Source: Antedon mediterranea (Eukaryota; Animalia; Echinodermata). From it: DNA of 64,000 nt. The position numbers and the translations under genes were made by a program. Below are positions 1-15,000 of this stretch, in pieces (the stretch's first letter is position 1; every line of letters starts with the position of its first letter). Where the stretch lies: assembly GCF_964355755.1 (NCBI RefSeq), contig NC_092680.1:11222001-11286000 (forward strand), in the 5' to 3' direction. The notes beneath the pieces were generated by a model. It was given only the letters and a program-made list of their open reading frames with translations, was not told where the DNA came from and made no database searches.

Positions 1-3000
1 ATTTTTTTCGAAAATCACAAAATGGTCTAAAACGTCTCCAAATGCGATTTGAAGCTATTCTGTACACTTTGATGTTTTGTGTGAAAAAGTTTTGTCGAAA
101 TGCTCAAAATGGTCTAAAACATTTTTAAATACGATATTAAGCTATTTTGTGATCTTTGATGTTTTTGTGTGAAAAGTTTTATCGAAATGCTCAAAATGGT
201 CTAAAACGGTTTCTATTGTGATTTTAAGCACTTTGATGATTTTGTGTAACCAAGTTTTATCGAAATGTACAAAATGGTCTAAAACGTCTCCAAATGCGAT
301 TTGAAGCTATTCTAAGTACTTTTGTGTTTTTATGTTAACAAGTTTTTTCGAAAATCACAAAATGGTCTAAAACGTCTTCAAATGCGATTTGAAGCTATTC
401 TGTACACTTTGATGTTTTGTGTGAAAAAGTTTTGTCAAAATGCTCAAAATGGTCTAAAACGTTTTTAAAACGATATTAAGCTATTTTGTGCTCTTTGATG
501 TTTTTGTGTAACCAAGTTTCATCGAAAATCACAACATGGTATAAAACGTCTCCAAATGCGATTTGAAGCTTTTCTAAGCACTTTGGTGTTTTTATGTTAA
601 CAAGTTTTTTCGAAAATCACAAAATGGTCTAAAACGTCTCCAAATGCGATTTGAAGCTTTTCTAAGCACTTTGGTGTTTTTTTGTTAACAAGTTTTTTCA
701 AAAATCTTGAAATGGTCTAAAATGTCTCCAAATGCGATTTGAAGATATTCTGAGCACTTTGGTGTTTTTATGTTAAAAAGTTTTTTCGAAAATCACAAAA
801 TGGTCTAAAACGTCTCCAAATGCGATTTGAAGCTCTTCTGTACACTTTGATGTTTTGTGTGAAAAAGATTTGTCGATATGCTCAAAATGGTCTAAAACGT
901 TTTTAAATACGATATTAAGCTGTTTTGTGCACTTTAATGATTTGTGTGAAAAGTTTTACGAAATGCTCAAAATGGTCTAAAACGGTTTCTAATGTGATTT
1001 TAAGCACTTTGATGTTTTTGTGTAACCAAGTTTTTTCGAAAATCACAAAATGGTCTAAAACGTCTCCAAATGCGATTTCAAGCTTTTCTAAGCACTTTGG
1101 TGTTTTTATGTTAACAAGTTTTTTCGAAAATCACAAAATGGTCTAAAACGTCTCCAAATGCGATTTGAGGATATTCTGAGCACTTTGGTGTTTTTATGTT
1201 ATAAAGTTTTTTCGAAAATCACAAAATGGTCTAAAACGTCTCCAAATGCGACTTGAAGCTATTCTGTACACTTTGATGTTTTGTGTGAAAAAGTTTTGTC
1301 GAAATGCTCAAAATGGTCTAAAACGTTTTTAAAACGATATTAAGCTATTTTGTGCTCTTTGATGTTTTTGTGTAACCAAGTTTCATCGAAATCAACAAAA
1401 TGGTCTAATACGTCTCCAAATGCGATTTGAAGTTTTTCCAAGCACTTTGCTGTTTTTATGTTAACAAGTTTTTTCGAAAATCACAAAATGGTCTAAAACG
1501 TCTTCAAATGCGATTTGAAGCTATTCTGTACACTTTGATGTTTTGTGTGAAAAAGTTTTGTCGAAATGCTCAAAATGGTCTAAAACGTTTTTAAATACGA
1601 TATAAAGCTATTTTGTGATCTTTGATGTTTTTGTGTGAAAAGTTTTATCGAAATGCTCAAAATGGTCTAAAACGGTTTCTAATGCGATTTGAAGCTATTC
1701 TGTACCCTTTGAAGTTTTTTGTGAAAAAGTTTTCTCGAAATGCTCAAAATGGTCTAAAAAGTTTTTATATACCATATTAAGCTATTTTGTGCACTTTGAT
1801 GTTTTTTGTGAAAAGTTTTATCGAAATGCTCAAAATGGTCTAAAACGGTTTCTATTGGGATTTTAAGCACTTTGATGATTTTGTGTAACCAAGTTTCATC
1901 GAAATGTACAAAATGGTCTAAAACGTCTCCAAATGCGATTTGAAGCTATTCTAAGTACTTTTGTGTTTTTATGTTAACAAGTTTTTTCGAAAATCACAAA
2001 ATGGTCTAAAACGTCTTCAAATGCGATTTGAAGCTATTCTGTAACACTTTTATGTTTTGTGTGAAAAAGTTTTGTCGAAATTCTCAAAATGGTCTAAAAC
2101 GTTTTTAAATACGATATTAAGCTGTTTTGTGCACTTTGATGATTTGTGTGAAAAGTTTTAACGAAATGCTCAAAATGGTCAAAAACGGTTTCTAATGTGA
2201 TTTTAAGCACTTTGATGTTTTTGTGTAACCAAGTTTTTTCAAAAATCACAAAATGGTCTAAAACGTCTCCAAATGCGATTTGAAGCTTTTCTAAGCACTT
2301 TGGTGTTTTTATGTTAACAAGTTTTTTCGAAAATCACAAAATGGTCTAAAACGTCTCCAAATGCGATTTGAAGATATTCTGAGCACTTTGGTTTTTTTAT
2401 GTTAAAAAGTTTTTTCGAAAATCACAAAATAGTCTAAAACGTCTCCAAATGCGATTTGAAGCTATTCTGTACACTTTGATGTTTTGTGTGAAAAAGTTTT
2501 GTCGAAATGCTCAAAATGGTCTAAAACGTTTTTAAAATGATATTAAGCTATTTTGTGCTCTTTGATGTTTTTGTGTAACCAAGTTTCATCGAAAATCACA
2601 AAAAGGTCTAAAACGTCTCAAAATGCGATTTGAAGCTTTTCTAAGCACTTTGGTGTTTTTATGTTAACAAGTTTTTTCGAAAATCACGAAATGGTCTAAA
2701 ATGTCTCCAAATGCGATTTGAAGATATTCTGAGCACTTTGGTGTTTTTATGTTAAAAAGTTTTATCGAAAATCACAAAATGGTCTAAAACGTCTCCAAAT
2801 GCGATTTGAAGCTCTTCTGTACACTTTGATGTTTTGTGTGAAAAAGTTTTGTCGAAATGCTCAAAATGGTCTAAAACGTTTTTAAATACGATATTAAGCT
2901 GTTTTGTGCACTTTGATGATTTGTGTGAAAAGTTTTAACGAAATGCTCAAAATGGTCTAAAACGGTTTCTAATGTGATTTTAAGCACTTTGATGTTTTTG

Positions 3001-6000
3001 TGTAACCAAGTTTTATCGAAAATCACAAAATAGTCTAAAACGTCTCCAAATGCGATTTGAAGCTTTTCTAAGCACTTTGGTGTTTTTATGTTAACAAGTT
3101 TTTTCGAAAATCACAAAATGGTCTAAAACGACTCCAAATGCGATTTGAAGCTATTCTGTACACTTTGATGTTTTGTGTGAAAAAGTTTTGTCGAAATGCT
3201 CAAAATGGTCTAAAACATTTTTAAATACGATATTAAGCTATTTTGTGATCTTTGATGTTTTTGTGTGAAAAGTTTTATCCAAATGCTCAAAATGGTCTAA
3301 AACGGTTTCTATTGTGATTTTAAGCACTTTGATGATTTTGTGTAACCAAGTTTCATCGAAATGTACAAAATGGTCTAAAACGTCTCCAAATGCGATTTGA
3401 AGCTATTCTAAGTACTTTTGTGTTTTTATGTTAACAAGTTTTTTCGAAAATCACAAAATGGTCTAAAACGTCTTCAAATGCGATTTGAAGCTATTCTGTA
3501 CACTTTGATGTTTTGTGTGAAAAAGTTTTGTCAAAATGCTCAAAATGGTCTAAAACGTTTTTAAAACGATATTTAGCTATTTTGTGCTCTTTGATGTTTT
3601 TGTGTAACCAAGTTTCATCGAAATACACAACATGGTCTAAAACGTCTCCAAATGCGATTTGAAGCTTTTCTAAGCACTTTGGTGTTTTTATGTTAACAAG
3701 TTTTTTCGAAAATCACAAAATGGTCTAAAACGTCTCCAAATGCGATTTGAAGCTATTCTAAGTACTTTTGTGTTTTTATGTTAACAAGTTTTTTCGAAAA
3801 TCACAAAATGGTCTAAAACGTCTCCAAATGCGATTTAAAGCTCTTCTGTACACTTTGATGTTTTGTGTGAAAAAGTTTTGTCGAAATGCTCAAAATGGTC
3901 TAAAACGTTTTCAAATACGATATTAAGCTGTTTTGTGCACTTTGATGATTTGTGTGAAAAGTTTTAACGAAATGCTCAAAATGGTCTAAAACGGTTTCTA
4001 ATGTGATTTTAAGCACTTTGGTGTTTTTATGTTAACAAGTTTTTTTCGAAAATCACAAAATGGTCTAAAACGTCTCCAAATGCGATTTGAGGATATTCTG
4101 AGAACTTTGGTGTTTTTTTGTGAAAAAGTTTTGTCGAAATGCTCAAAATGGTCTAAAACGTTTTCAAATACGATATTAAGCTGTTTTGTGCACTTTGATG
4201 ATTTGTGTGAAAAGTTTTAACGAAATGCTCAAAATGGTCTAAAACGGTTTCTAATGTGATTTTAAGCACTTTGGTGTTTTTATGTTAACAAGTTTTTTCG
4301 AAAATCACAAAATGGTCTAAAACGTCTCCAAATGCGATTTGAGGATATTCTGAGAACTTTGGTGTTTTTTTGTTAAAAAGTTTTTTCGAAAATCACAAAA
4401 TGGTCTAAAACGTCTCCAAATGCGATTTGAAGCTATTCTGTACACTTTGATGTTTTGTGTGAAAAAGTTTTGTCGAAATGCTCAAAATGGTCTAAAACGT
4501 TTTTAAATACGATATTAAGCTATTTTGTGATCTTTGATGTTTTTGTGTGAAAAGTTTTATCGAAATGCTCAAAATGGTCTAAAACGTTTTTAAAACGATA
4601 TTAAGCTATTTTGTGCTCTTTGATGTTTTTGTGTAACCAAGTTTCATCGAAAATCACAAAATGGTCTAAAACGTCGCCAAATGCGATTTGAAGCTTTTCT
4701 AAGCACTTTGGTGTTTTTATGTTAACAAGTTTTTTCGAAAATCACAAAATGGTCTAAAACGTCTCCAAATGCAATTTGAAGATATTCTGAGCTCTTTGGT
4801 GTTTTTATGTTAAAAAGTTTTTTCGAAAATCACAAAATAGTCTAAAACGTCTCCAAATGCGATTTGAAGCTATTCTGTACACTTTGATGTTTTGTGTGAA
4901 AAAGTTTTGTCGAAATGCTCAAAATGGTCTAAAACGTTTTTAAAACGATATTAAGCTATTTTGTGCTCTTTGATGTTTTTGTGTAACCAAGTTTCATCGA
5001 AAATCACAAAATGGTCTAAAACGTCTCAAAATGCGATTTGAAGCTTTTCTAAGCACTTTGGTGTTTTTATGTTAACAAGTTTTTTCGAAAATCACGAAAT
5101 GGTCTAAAATGTCTCCAAATGCGATTTGAAGATATTCTGAGCACTTTGGGGTTTTTATGTTAAAAAGTTTTTTCGAAAATCACAAAATGGTCTAAAACGT
5201 CTCCAAATGCGATTTGAAGCTCTTCTGTACACTTTGATGTTTTGTGTGAAAAAGTTTTGTCGAAATGCTCAAAATGGTCTAAAACGTTTTCAAATACGAT
5301 ATTAAGCTGTTTTGTGCACTTTGATGATTTGTGTGAAAAGTTTTAACGAAATGCTCAAAATGGTCTAAAACGGTTTCTAATGTGATTTTAAGCACTTTGG
5401 TGTTTTTATGTTAACAAGTTTTTTCGAAAATCACAAAATGGTCTAAAACGTCTCCAAATGCGATTTGAGGATATTCTGAGAACTTTGGTGTTTTTTTGTT
5501 AAAAAGTTTTTTCGAAAATCACAAAATGGTCTAAAACGTCTCCAAATGCGATTTGAAGCTATTCTGTACACTTTGATGTTTTGTGTGAAAAAGTTTTGTC
5601 GAAATGCTCAAAATGGTCTAAAACGTTTTTAAATACGATATTAAGCTATTTTGTGATCTTTGATGTTTTTGTGTGAAAAGTTTTATCGAAATGCTCAAAA
5701 TGGTCTAAAACGTTTTTAAAACGATATTAAGCTATTTTGTGCTCTTTGATGTTTTTGTGTAACCAAGTTTCATCGAAAATCACAAAATGGTCTAAAACGT
5801 CGCCAAATGCGATTTGAAGCTTTTCTAAGCACTTTGGTGTTTTTATGTTAACAAGTTTTTTCGAAAATCACAAAATGGTCTAAAACGTCTCCAAATGCAA
5901 TTTGAAGATATTCTGAGCTCTTTGGTGTTTTTATGTTAAAAAGTTTTTTCGAAAATCACAAAATAGTCTAAAACGTCTCCAAATGCGATTTGAAGCTATT

Positions 6001-9000
6001 CTGTACACTTTGATGTTTTGTGTGAAAAAGTTTTGTCGAAATGCTCAAAATGGTCTAAAACGTTTTTAAAACGATATTAAGCTATTTTGTGCTCTTTGAT
6101 GTTTTTGTGTAACCAAGTTTCATCGAAAATCACAAAATGGTCTAAAACGTCTCAAAATGCGATTTGAAGCTTTTCTAAGCACTTTGGTGTTTTTATGTTA
6201 ACAAGTTTTTTCGAAAATCACGAAATGGTCTAAAATGTCTCCAAATGCGATTTGAAGATATTCTGAGCACTTTGGGGTTTTTATGTTAAAAAGTTTTTTC
6301 GAAAATCACAAAATGGTCTAAAACGTCTCCAAATGCGATTTGAAGCTCTTCTGTACACTTTGATGTTTTGTGTGAAAAAGTTTTGTCGAAATGCTCAAAA
6401 TGGTCTAAAACGTTTTTAAATACGATATTAAGCTGTTTTGTGCACTTTGATGATTTGTGTGAAAAGTTTTAACGAAATGCTCAAAATGGTCTAAAACGGT
6501 TTCTAATGTGATTTTAAGCACTTTGATGTTTTTGTGTAACCAAGTTTTTTCGAAAATCACAAAATAGTCTAAAACGTCTCCAAATGCGATTTGAAGCTTT
6601 TCTAAGCACTTTGGTGTTTTTATGTTAACAAGTTTTTTCGAAAATCACAAAATGGTCTAAAACGTCTCCAAATGCGATTTGAGGATATTCTGAGCACTTT
6701 GGTGTTTTTTTGTTAAAAAGTTTGTTCGAAAATCACAAAATGGTCTAAAACGTCTCCAAATGCGATTTGAAGCTATTCTGTACACTTTGATGTTTTGTGT
6801 GAAAAAGTTTTGTCGAAATGCTCAAAATGGTCTAAAACGTTTTTAAATACGATATTAAGCTATTTTGTGATCTTTGATGTTTTTGTGTGAAAAGTTTTAT
6901 CGAAATGCTCAAAATGGTCTAAAACGGTTTCTATTGTGATTTTAAGCACTTTGATGATTTTGTGTAACCAAGTTTCATCGAAATGTACAAAATGGTCTAA
7001 AACGTCTCCAAATGCGATTTGAAGCTATTCTAAGTACTTTTGTGTTTTTATGTTAACAAGTTTTTTCGAAAATCACAAAATCGTCTAAAACGTCTTCAAA
7101 TGCGATTTGAAGCTATTCTGTACATTTTGATGTTTTGTGTGAAAAAGTTTTGTCAAAATGCTCAAAATGGTCTAAAACGTTTTTAAAACGATATTAAGCT
7201 ATTTTGTGCTTTTTGATGTTTTTGTGTAACCAAGTTTCATCGAAAATCACAAAATGGTCTAAAACGTCTCCAAATGCGATTTGAAGCTTTTCTAAGCACT
7301 TTGGTGTTTTTATGTTAACAAGTTTTTTCGAAAATCACAAAATGGTCTAAAACGTCTCCAAATGCAATTTGAAGCTCTTCTGTACACTTTGATGTTTTGT
7401 TTGAAAAAGTTTTGTCGAAATTCTCAAAATGGTCTAAAACGTTTTTAAATACGATATTAAGCTGTTTTGTGCACTTTGACGATTTGTGTGAAAAGTTTTA
7501 ACGAAATGCTCAAAATGGTCTAAAACGGTTTCTAATGTGATTTTAAGCACTTTGATGTTTTTGTGTAACCAAGTTTTATCGAAAATCACAAAATAGTCTA
7601 AAACGTCTCCAAATGCGATTTGAAGCTTTTCTAAGCACTTTGGTGTTTTTATGTTAACAAGTTTTTTCGAAAATCACAAAATGGTCTAAAACGTCTCCAA
7701 ATGCGATTTGAAGCTATTCTAAGTACTTTTGTGTTTTTATGTTAACAAGTTTTTTCGAAAATCACAAAATGGTCTAAAACGTCTTCAAATGCGATTTGAA
7801 GCTATTCTGTACACTTTGATGTTTTGTGTGAAAAAGTTTTGTCAAAATGCTCAAAATGGTCTAAAACGTTTTTAAAACGATATTAAGCTATTTTGTGCTC
7901 TTTGATGTTTTTGTGTAACCAAGTTTCATCGAAAATCACAAAATGGTCTAAAACGTCTCCAAATGCGATTTGAAGCTTTTCTAAGCACTTTGGTGTTTTT
8001 ATGTTAACAAGTTTTTTCGAAAATCACAAAATGGTCTAAATCGTCTCCAAATGCGATTTGAAGCTCTTCTGTACACTTTGATGTTTTGTTTGAAAAAGTT
8101 TTGTCGAAATTCTCAAAATGGTCTAAAACGTTTTTAAATACGATATTAAGCTGTTTTGTGCACTTTGATGATTTGTGTGAAAAGTTTTAACGAAATGCTC
8201 AAAATGGTCTAAAACGGTTTCTAATGTGATTTTAAGCACTTTGATGTTTTTGTGTAACCAAGTTTTTTCGAAAATCACAAAATAGTCTAAAACGTCTCCA
8301 AATGCGATTTGAAGCTTTTCTAAGCACTTTGGTGTTTTTATGTTAACAAGTTTTTTCGAAAATCACAAAATGGTCGAAAACGTCTCAAAATGCGATTTGA
8401 GGATATTCTGAGCACTTTGGTGTTTTTATGTTAAAAAGTTTTTTCGAAAATCACAAAATAGTCTAAAACGTCTCCAAATGCGATTTGAAGCTATTCTGTA
8501 CACTTTGATGTTTTGTGTGAAAAAGTTTTGTCGAAATGCTCAAAATGGTCTAAAACGTTTTTAAAACGATATTAAGCTATTTTGTGCTCTTTGATGTTTT
8601 TGTGTAACCAAGTTTCATCGAAAATCACAAAATGGTCTAAAACGTCTCAAAATGCGATTTGAAGCTTTTCTAAGCACTTTGGTGTTTTTATGTTAACAAG
8701 TTTTTTCGAAAATCACGAAATGGTCTAAAATGTCTCCAAATGCGATTTGAAGATATTCTGAGCACTTTGGTGTTTTTATGTTAAAAAGTTTTTTCGAAAA
8801 TCACAAAATGGTCTAAAACGTCTCCAAATGCGATTTGAAGCTCTTCTGTACAATTTGATGTTTTGTGTGAAAAAGTTTTGTCGAAATGCTCAAAATGGTC
8901 TAAAACGTTTTTAAATACGATATTAAGCTGTTTTGTGCACTTTGATGATTTGTGTGAAAAGTTTTAACGAAATGCTCAAAATGGTCTAAAACGGTTTCTA

Positions 9001-12000
9001 ATGTGATTTTAAGCACTTTGATGTTTTTGTGTAACCAAGTTTTATCGAAAATCACAAAATAGTCTAAAACGTCTCCAAATGCGATTTGAAGCTTTTCTAA
9101 GCACTTTGGTGTTTTTATGTTAACAAGTTTTTTCGAAAATCACAAAATGGTCTAAAACGTCTCCAAATGCGATTTGAGGATATTCTGAGCACTTTGGTGT
9201 TTTTTTGTTAAAAAGTTTTTTCGAAAATCACAAAATGGTCTAAAACGTCTCCAAATGCGATTTGAAGCTATTCTGTACACTTTGATGTTTTGTGTGAAAA
9301 AGTTTTGTCGAAATGCTCAAAATGGTCTAAAACATTTTTAAATACGATATTAAGCTATTTTGTGATCTTTGATGTTTTTGTGTGAAAAGTTTTATCGAAA
9401 TGCTCAAAATGGTCTAAAACGGTTTCTATTGTGATTTTAAGCACTTTGATGATTTTGTGTAACCAAGTTTCATCGAAATGTACAAAATGGTCTAAAACGT
9501 CTCCAAATGCGATTTGAAGCTATTCTAAGTACTTTTGTGTTTTTATGTTAACAAGTTTTTTCGAAAATCACAAAATGGTCTAAAACGTCTTCAAATGCGA
9601 TTTGAAGCTATTCTGTACACTTTGATGTTTTGTGTGAAAAAGTTTTGTCAAAATGCTCAAAATGGTCTAAAACGTTTTTAAAACGATATTAAGCTATTTT
9701 GTGCTCTTTGATGTTTTTGTGTAACCAAGTTTCATCGAAAATCACAACATGGTCTAAAACGTCTCCAAATGCGATTTGAAGCTTTTCTAAGCACTTTGGT
9801 GTTTTTATGTTAACAAGTTTTTTCGAAAATCACAAAATGGTCTAAAACGTCTCCAAATGCGATTTGAAGCTCTTCTGTACACTTTGATGTTTTGTTTGAA
9901 AAAGTTTTGTCGAAATTCTCAAAATGGTCTAAAACGTTTTTAAATACGATATTAAGCTGTTTTGTGCACTTTGATGATTTGTGTGAAAAGTTTTAACGAA
10001 ATGCTCAAAATGGTCTAAAACGGTTTCTAATGTGATTTTAAGCACTTTGATGTTTTTGTGTAACCAAGTTTTTTCGAAAATCACAAAATAGTCTAAAACG
10101 TCTCCAAATGCGATTTGAAGCTATTCTGTACACTTTTATGTTTTGTGTGAAAAAGTTTTGTCGAAATGCTCAAAATGGTCTAAAACGTTTTAATATACCA
10201 TATTAAGCTATTTTGTGCACTTTGATGTTTTTTGTGAAAAGTTTTATCGAAATCCTCAAAATGGTCTAAAACGGTTTCTATTGTGATTTTAAGCACTTTG
10301 ATGATTTTGTGTAACCAAGTTTCATCGAAATGTACAAAATGGTCTAAAACGTCTCCAAATGCGATTTGAAGCTATTCTAAGTACTTTTGTGTTTTTATGT
10401 TAACAAGTTTTTTTTTAAATCACAAAATGGTCTAAAACGTCTTCAAATGCGATTTGAAGCTATTCTGTACACTTTGATGTTTTGTGTGAAAAAGTTTTGT
10501 CGAAATGCTCAAAATGGTCTAAAACGTTTTTAAATACGATATTAAGCTATTTTGTGATCTTTGATGTTTTTGTGTGAAAAGTTTTATCGAAATGCTCAAA
10601 ATGGTCTAAAACGGTTTCTATTGTGATTTTAAGCACTTTGATGATTTTGTGTAACCAAGTTTCATCGAAATGTACAAAATGGTCTAAAACGTCTCCAAAT
10701 GCGATTTGAAGCTATTCGAAGTACTTTTGTGTTTTTATGTTAACAAGTTTTTTCGAAAATCACAAAATGGTCTAAAACGTCTTCAAATGCGATTTGAAGC
10801 TATTCTGTACACTTTGATGTTTTGTGTGAAAAAGTTTTGTCGAAATGCTCAAAATGGTCTAAAACGTTTTTAAATACGATATTAAGCTATTTTGTGCTCT
10901 TTGATGTTTTTGTGTAACCAAGTTTCATCGAAAATCACAAAATGGTCTAAAACGTCTTCAAATGCGATTTGAAGCTATTCTGTACACTTTGATGTTTTGT
11001 GTGAAAAAGTTTTGTCAAAATGCTCAAAATGGTCTAAAACGTTTTTAAAACGATATTAAGCTATTTTGTGCTCTTTGATGTTTTTGTGTAACCAAGTTTC
11101 ATCGAAAATCACAAAATGGTCTAAAACGTCTCCAAATGCGATTTGAAGCTTTTCTAAGCACTTTGGTGTTTTTATGTTAACAAGTTTTTTCGAAAATCAC
11201 GAAATGGTCTAAAATGTCTCCAAATGCGATTTGAAGATATTCTGAGCACTCAGATGTTTTTGTGTGAAAAGTTTTATCGAAATGCTCAAAATGGTCTAAA
11301 ACGGTTTCTAATGCGATTTGAAGCTATTCTGTACACTTTGAAGTTTTTTGTGAAAAAGTTTTCTCGAAATGCTCAAAATGGTCTAAAACGTTTTTATATA
11401 CCATATTAAGCTATTTTGTGCACTTTTATGTTTTGTGTGAAAAAGTTTTGTTGAAATTCTCAAAATGGTCTAAAACGTTTTTAAATACGATATTAAGCTG
11501 TTTTGTGCACTTTGATGATTTGTGTGAAAAGTTTTAACGAAATGCTCAAAATGGTCAAAAACGGTTTCTAATGTGATTTTAAGCACTTTGATGTTTTTGT
11601 GTAACCAAGTTTTTTCAAAAATCACAAAATGGTCTAAAACGTCTCCAAATGCGATTTGAAGCTTTTCTAAGCACTTTGGTGTTTTTATGTTAACAAGTTT
11701 TTTCGAAAATCACAAAATGGTCTAAAACGTCTCCAAATGCGATTTGAAGCTATTCTGTACACTTTGATGTTTTGTGTGAAAAAGTTTTGTCGAAATGCTC
11801 AAAATGGTCTAAAACATTTTTAAATACGATATTAAGCTATTTTGTGATCTTTGATGTTTTTGTGTGAAAAGTTTTATCGAAATGCTCAAAATGGTCTAAA
11901 ACGGTTTCTATTGTGATTTTAAGCACTTTGATGATTTTGTGTAACCAAGTTTCATCGAAATGTACAAAATGGTCTAAAACGTCTCCAAATGCGATTTGAA

Positions 12001-15000
12001 GCTATTCTAAGTACTTTTGTGTTTTTATGTTAACAAGTTTTTTCGAAAATCACAAAATGGTCTAAAACGTCTTCAAATGCGATTTGAAGCTATTCTGTAC
12101 ACTTTGATGTTTTGTGTGAAAAAGTTTTGTCAAAATGCTCAAAATGGTCTAAAACGTTTTTAAAACGATATTAAGCTATTTTGTGCTCTTTGATGTTTTT
12201 GTGTAACCAAGTTTCATCGAAAATCACAACATGGTATAAAACGTCTCCAAATGCGATTTGAAGCTTTTCTAAGCACTTTGGTGTTTTTATGTTAACAAGT
12301 TTTTTCGAAAATCACAAAATGGTCTAAAACGTCTCCAAATGCGATTTGAAGCTTTTCTAAGCACTTTGGTGTTTTTATGTTAACAAGTTTTTTCGAAAAT
12401 CTTGAAATGGTCTAAAATGTCTCCAAATGCGATTTGAAGATATTCTGAGCACTTTGGTGTTTTTATGTTAAAAAGTTTTTTCGAAAATCACAAAATGGTC
12501 TAAAACGTCTCCAAATGCGATTTGAAGCTCTTCTGTACACTTTGATGTTTTGTGTGAAAAAGATTTGTCGATATGCTCAAAATGGTCTAAAACGTTTTTA
12601 AATACGATATTAAGCTGTTTTGTGCACTTTAATGATTTGTGTGAAAAGTTTTACGAAATGCTCAAAATGGTCTAAAACGGTTTCTAATGTGATTTTAAGC
12701 ACTTTGATGTTTTTGTGTAACCAAGTTTTTTCGAAAATCACAAAATGGTCTAAAACGTCTCCAAATGCGATTTCAAGCTTTTCTAAGCACTTTGGTGTTT
12801 TTATGTTAACAAGTTTTTTCGAAAATCACAAAATGGTCTAAAACGTCTCCAAATGCGATTTGAGGATATTCTGAGCACTTTGGTGTTTTTATGTTATAAA
12901 GTTTTTTCGAAAATCACAAAATGGTCTAAAACGTCTCCAAATGCGATTTGAAGCTATTCTGTACACTTTGATGTTTTGTGTGAAAAAGTTTTGTCGAAAT
13001 GCTCAAAATGGTCTAAAACGTTTTTAAAACGATATTAAGCTATTTTGTGCTCTTTGATGTTTTTGTGTAACCAAGTTTCATCGAAATCAACAAAATGGTC
13101 TAATACGTCTCCAAATGCGATTTGAAGTTTTTCCAAGCACTTTGCTGTTTTTATGTTAACAAGTTTTTTCGAAAATCACAAAATGGTCTAAAACGTCTTC
13201 AAATGCGATTTGAAGCTATTCTGTACACTTTGATGTTTTGTGTGAAAAAGTTTTGTCGAAATGCTCAAAATGGTCTAAAACGTTTTTAAATACGATATAA
13301 AGCTATTTTGTGATCTTTGATGTTTTTGTGTGAAAAGTTTTATCGAAATGCTCAAAATGGTCTAAAACGGTTTCTAATGCGATTTGAAGCTATTCTGTAC
13401 CCTTTGAAGTTTTTTGTGAAAAAGTTTTCTCGAAATGCTCAAAATGGTCTAAAAAGTTTTTATATACCATATTAAGCTATTTTGTGCACTTTGATGTTTT
13501 TTGTGAAAAGTTTTATCGAAATGCTCAAAATGGTCTAAAACGGTTTCTATTGGGATTTTAAGCACTTTGATGATTTTGTGTAACCAAGTTTCATCGAAAT
13601 GTACAAAATGGTCTAAAACGTCTCCAAATGCGATTTGAAGCTATTCTAAGTACTTTTGTGTTTTTATGTTAACAAGTTTTTTTTTAAATCACAAAATGGT
13701 CTAAAACGTCTTCAAATGCGATTTGAAGCTATTCTGTACACTTTGATGTTTTGTGTGAAAAGGTTTTGTCGAAATGCTCAAAATGGTCTAAAACGTTTTT
13801 AAATACGATATTAAGCTATTTTGTGATCTTTGATGTTTTTGTGTGAAAAGTTTTATCGAAATGCTCAAAATGGTCTAAAACGGTTTCTATTGTGATTTTA
13901 AGCACTTTGATGATTTTGTGTAACCAAGTTTCATCGAAATGTACAAAATGGTCTAAAACGTCTCCAAATGCGATTTGAAGCTATTCTAAGTACTTTTGTG
14001 TTTTTATGTTAACAAGTTTTTTCGAAAATCACAAAATGGTCTAAAACATCTTCAAATGCGATTTGAAGCTATTCTGTACACTTTGATGTTTTGTGTGAAA
14101 AAGTTTTGTCGAAATGCTCAAAATGGTCAAAAATGGTTTCTAATGTGATTTTAAGCACAAGCACTTTGGTGTTTTTATGTTAACAAGTTTTTTCGAAAAT
14201 CACAAAATGGTCTAAAACGTCTCCAAATGCGATTTGAAGATATTCTGAGCACTTTGGTGTTTTTATGTTAAAAAGTTTTTTCGAAAATCACAAAATGGTC
14301 TAAAACGTCTCAAAATGCGATTTGAAGCTAATCTGTACACTTTGATGTTTTGTGTGAAAAAGTTTTGTCGAAATGCTCAAAATGGTCTAAAACGTTTTTA
14401 AATACGGTATTAAGCTATTTTGTGCTCTTTGATGTTTTTGTGTAACCAAGTTTCATCGAAAATCACAAAATGGTCTAAAACGTCTTCAAATGCGATTTGA
14501 AGCTATTCTGTACACTTTGATGTTTTGTGTGAAAAAGTTTTGTCAAAATGCTCAAAATGGTCTAAAACGTTTTTAAAACGATATTAAGCTATTTTGTGCT
14601 CTTTGATGTTTTTGTGTAACCAAGTTTCATCGAAAATCACAAAATGGTCTAAAACGTCTCCAAATGCGATTTGAAGCTTTTCTAAGCACTTTGGTGTTTT
14701 TATGTTAACAAGTTTTTTCGAAAATCACGAAATGGTCTAAAATGTCTCCAAATGCGATTTGAAGATATTCTGAGCACTTAGATGTTTTTGTGTGAAAAGT
14801 TTTATCGAAATGCTCAAAATGGTCTAAAACGGTTTCTAATGCGATTTGAAGCTATTCTGTACACTTTGAAGTTTTTTGTGAAAAAGTTTTCTCGAAATGC
14901 TCAAAATGGTCTAAAACGTTTTTATATACCATATTAAGCTATTTTGTGCACTTTTATGTTTTGTGTGAAAAAGTTTTGTCGAAATTCTCAAAATGGTCTA

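Noticed and set aside
2674-2695. CENP-B-box-like TTCGAAAATCACGAAA in some monomers
   Set aside because: Does not match the TTCG....A..CGGG core; only TTCG and CG agree.
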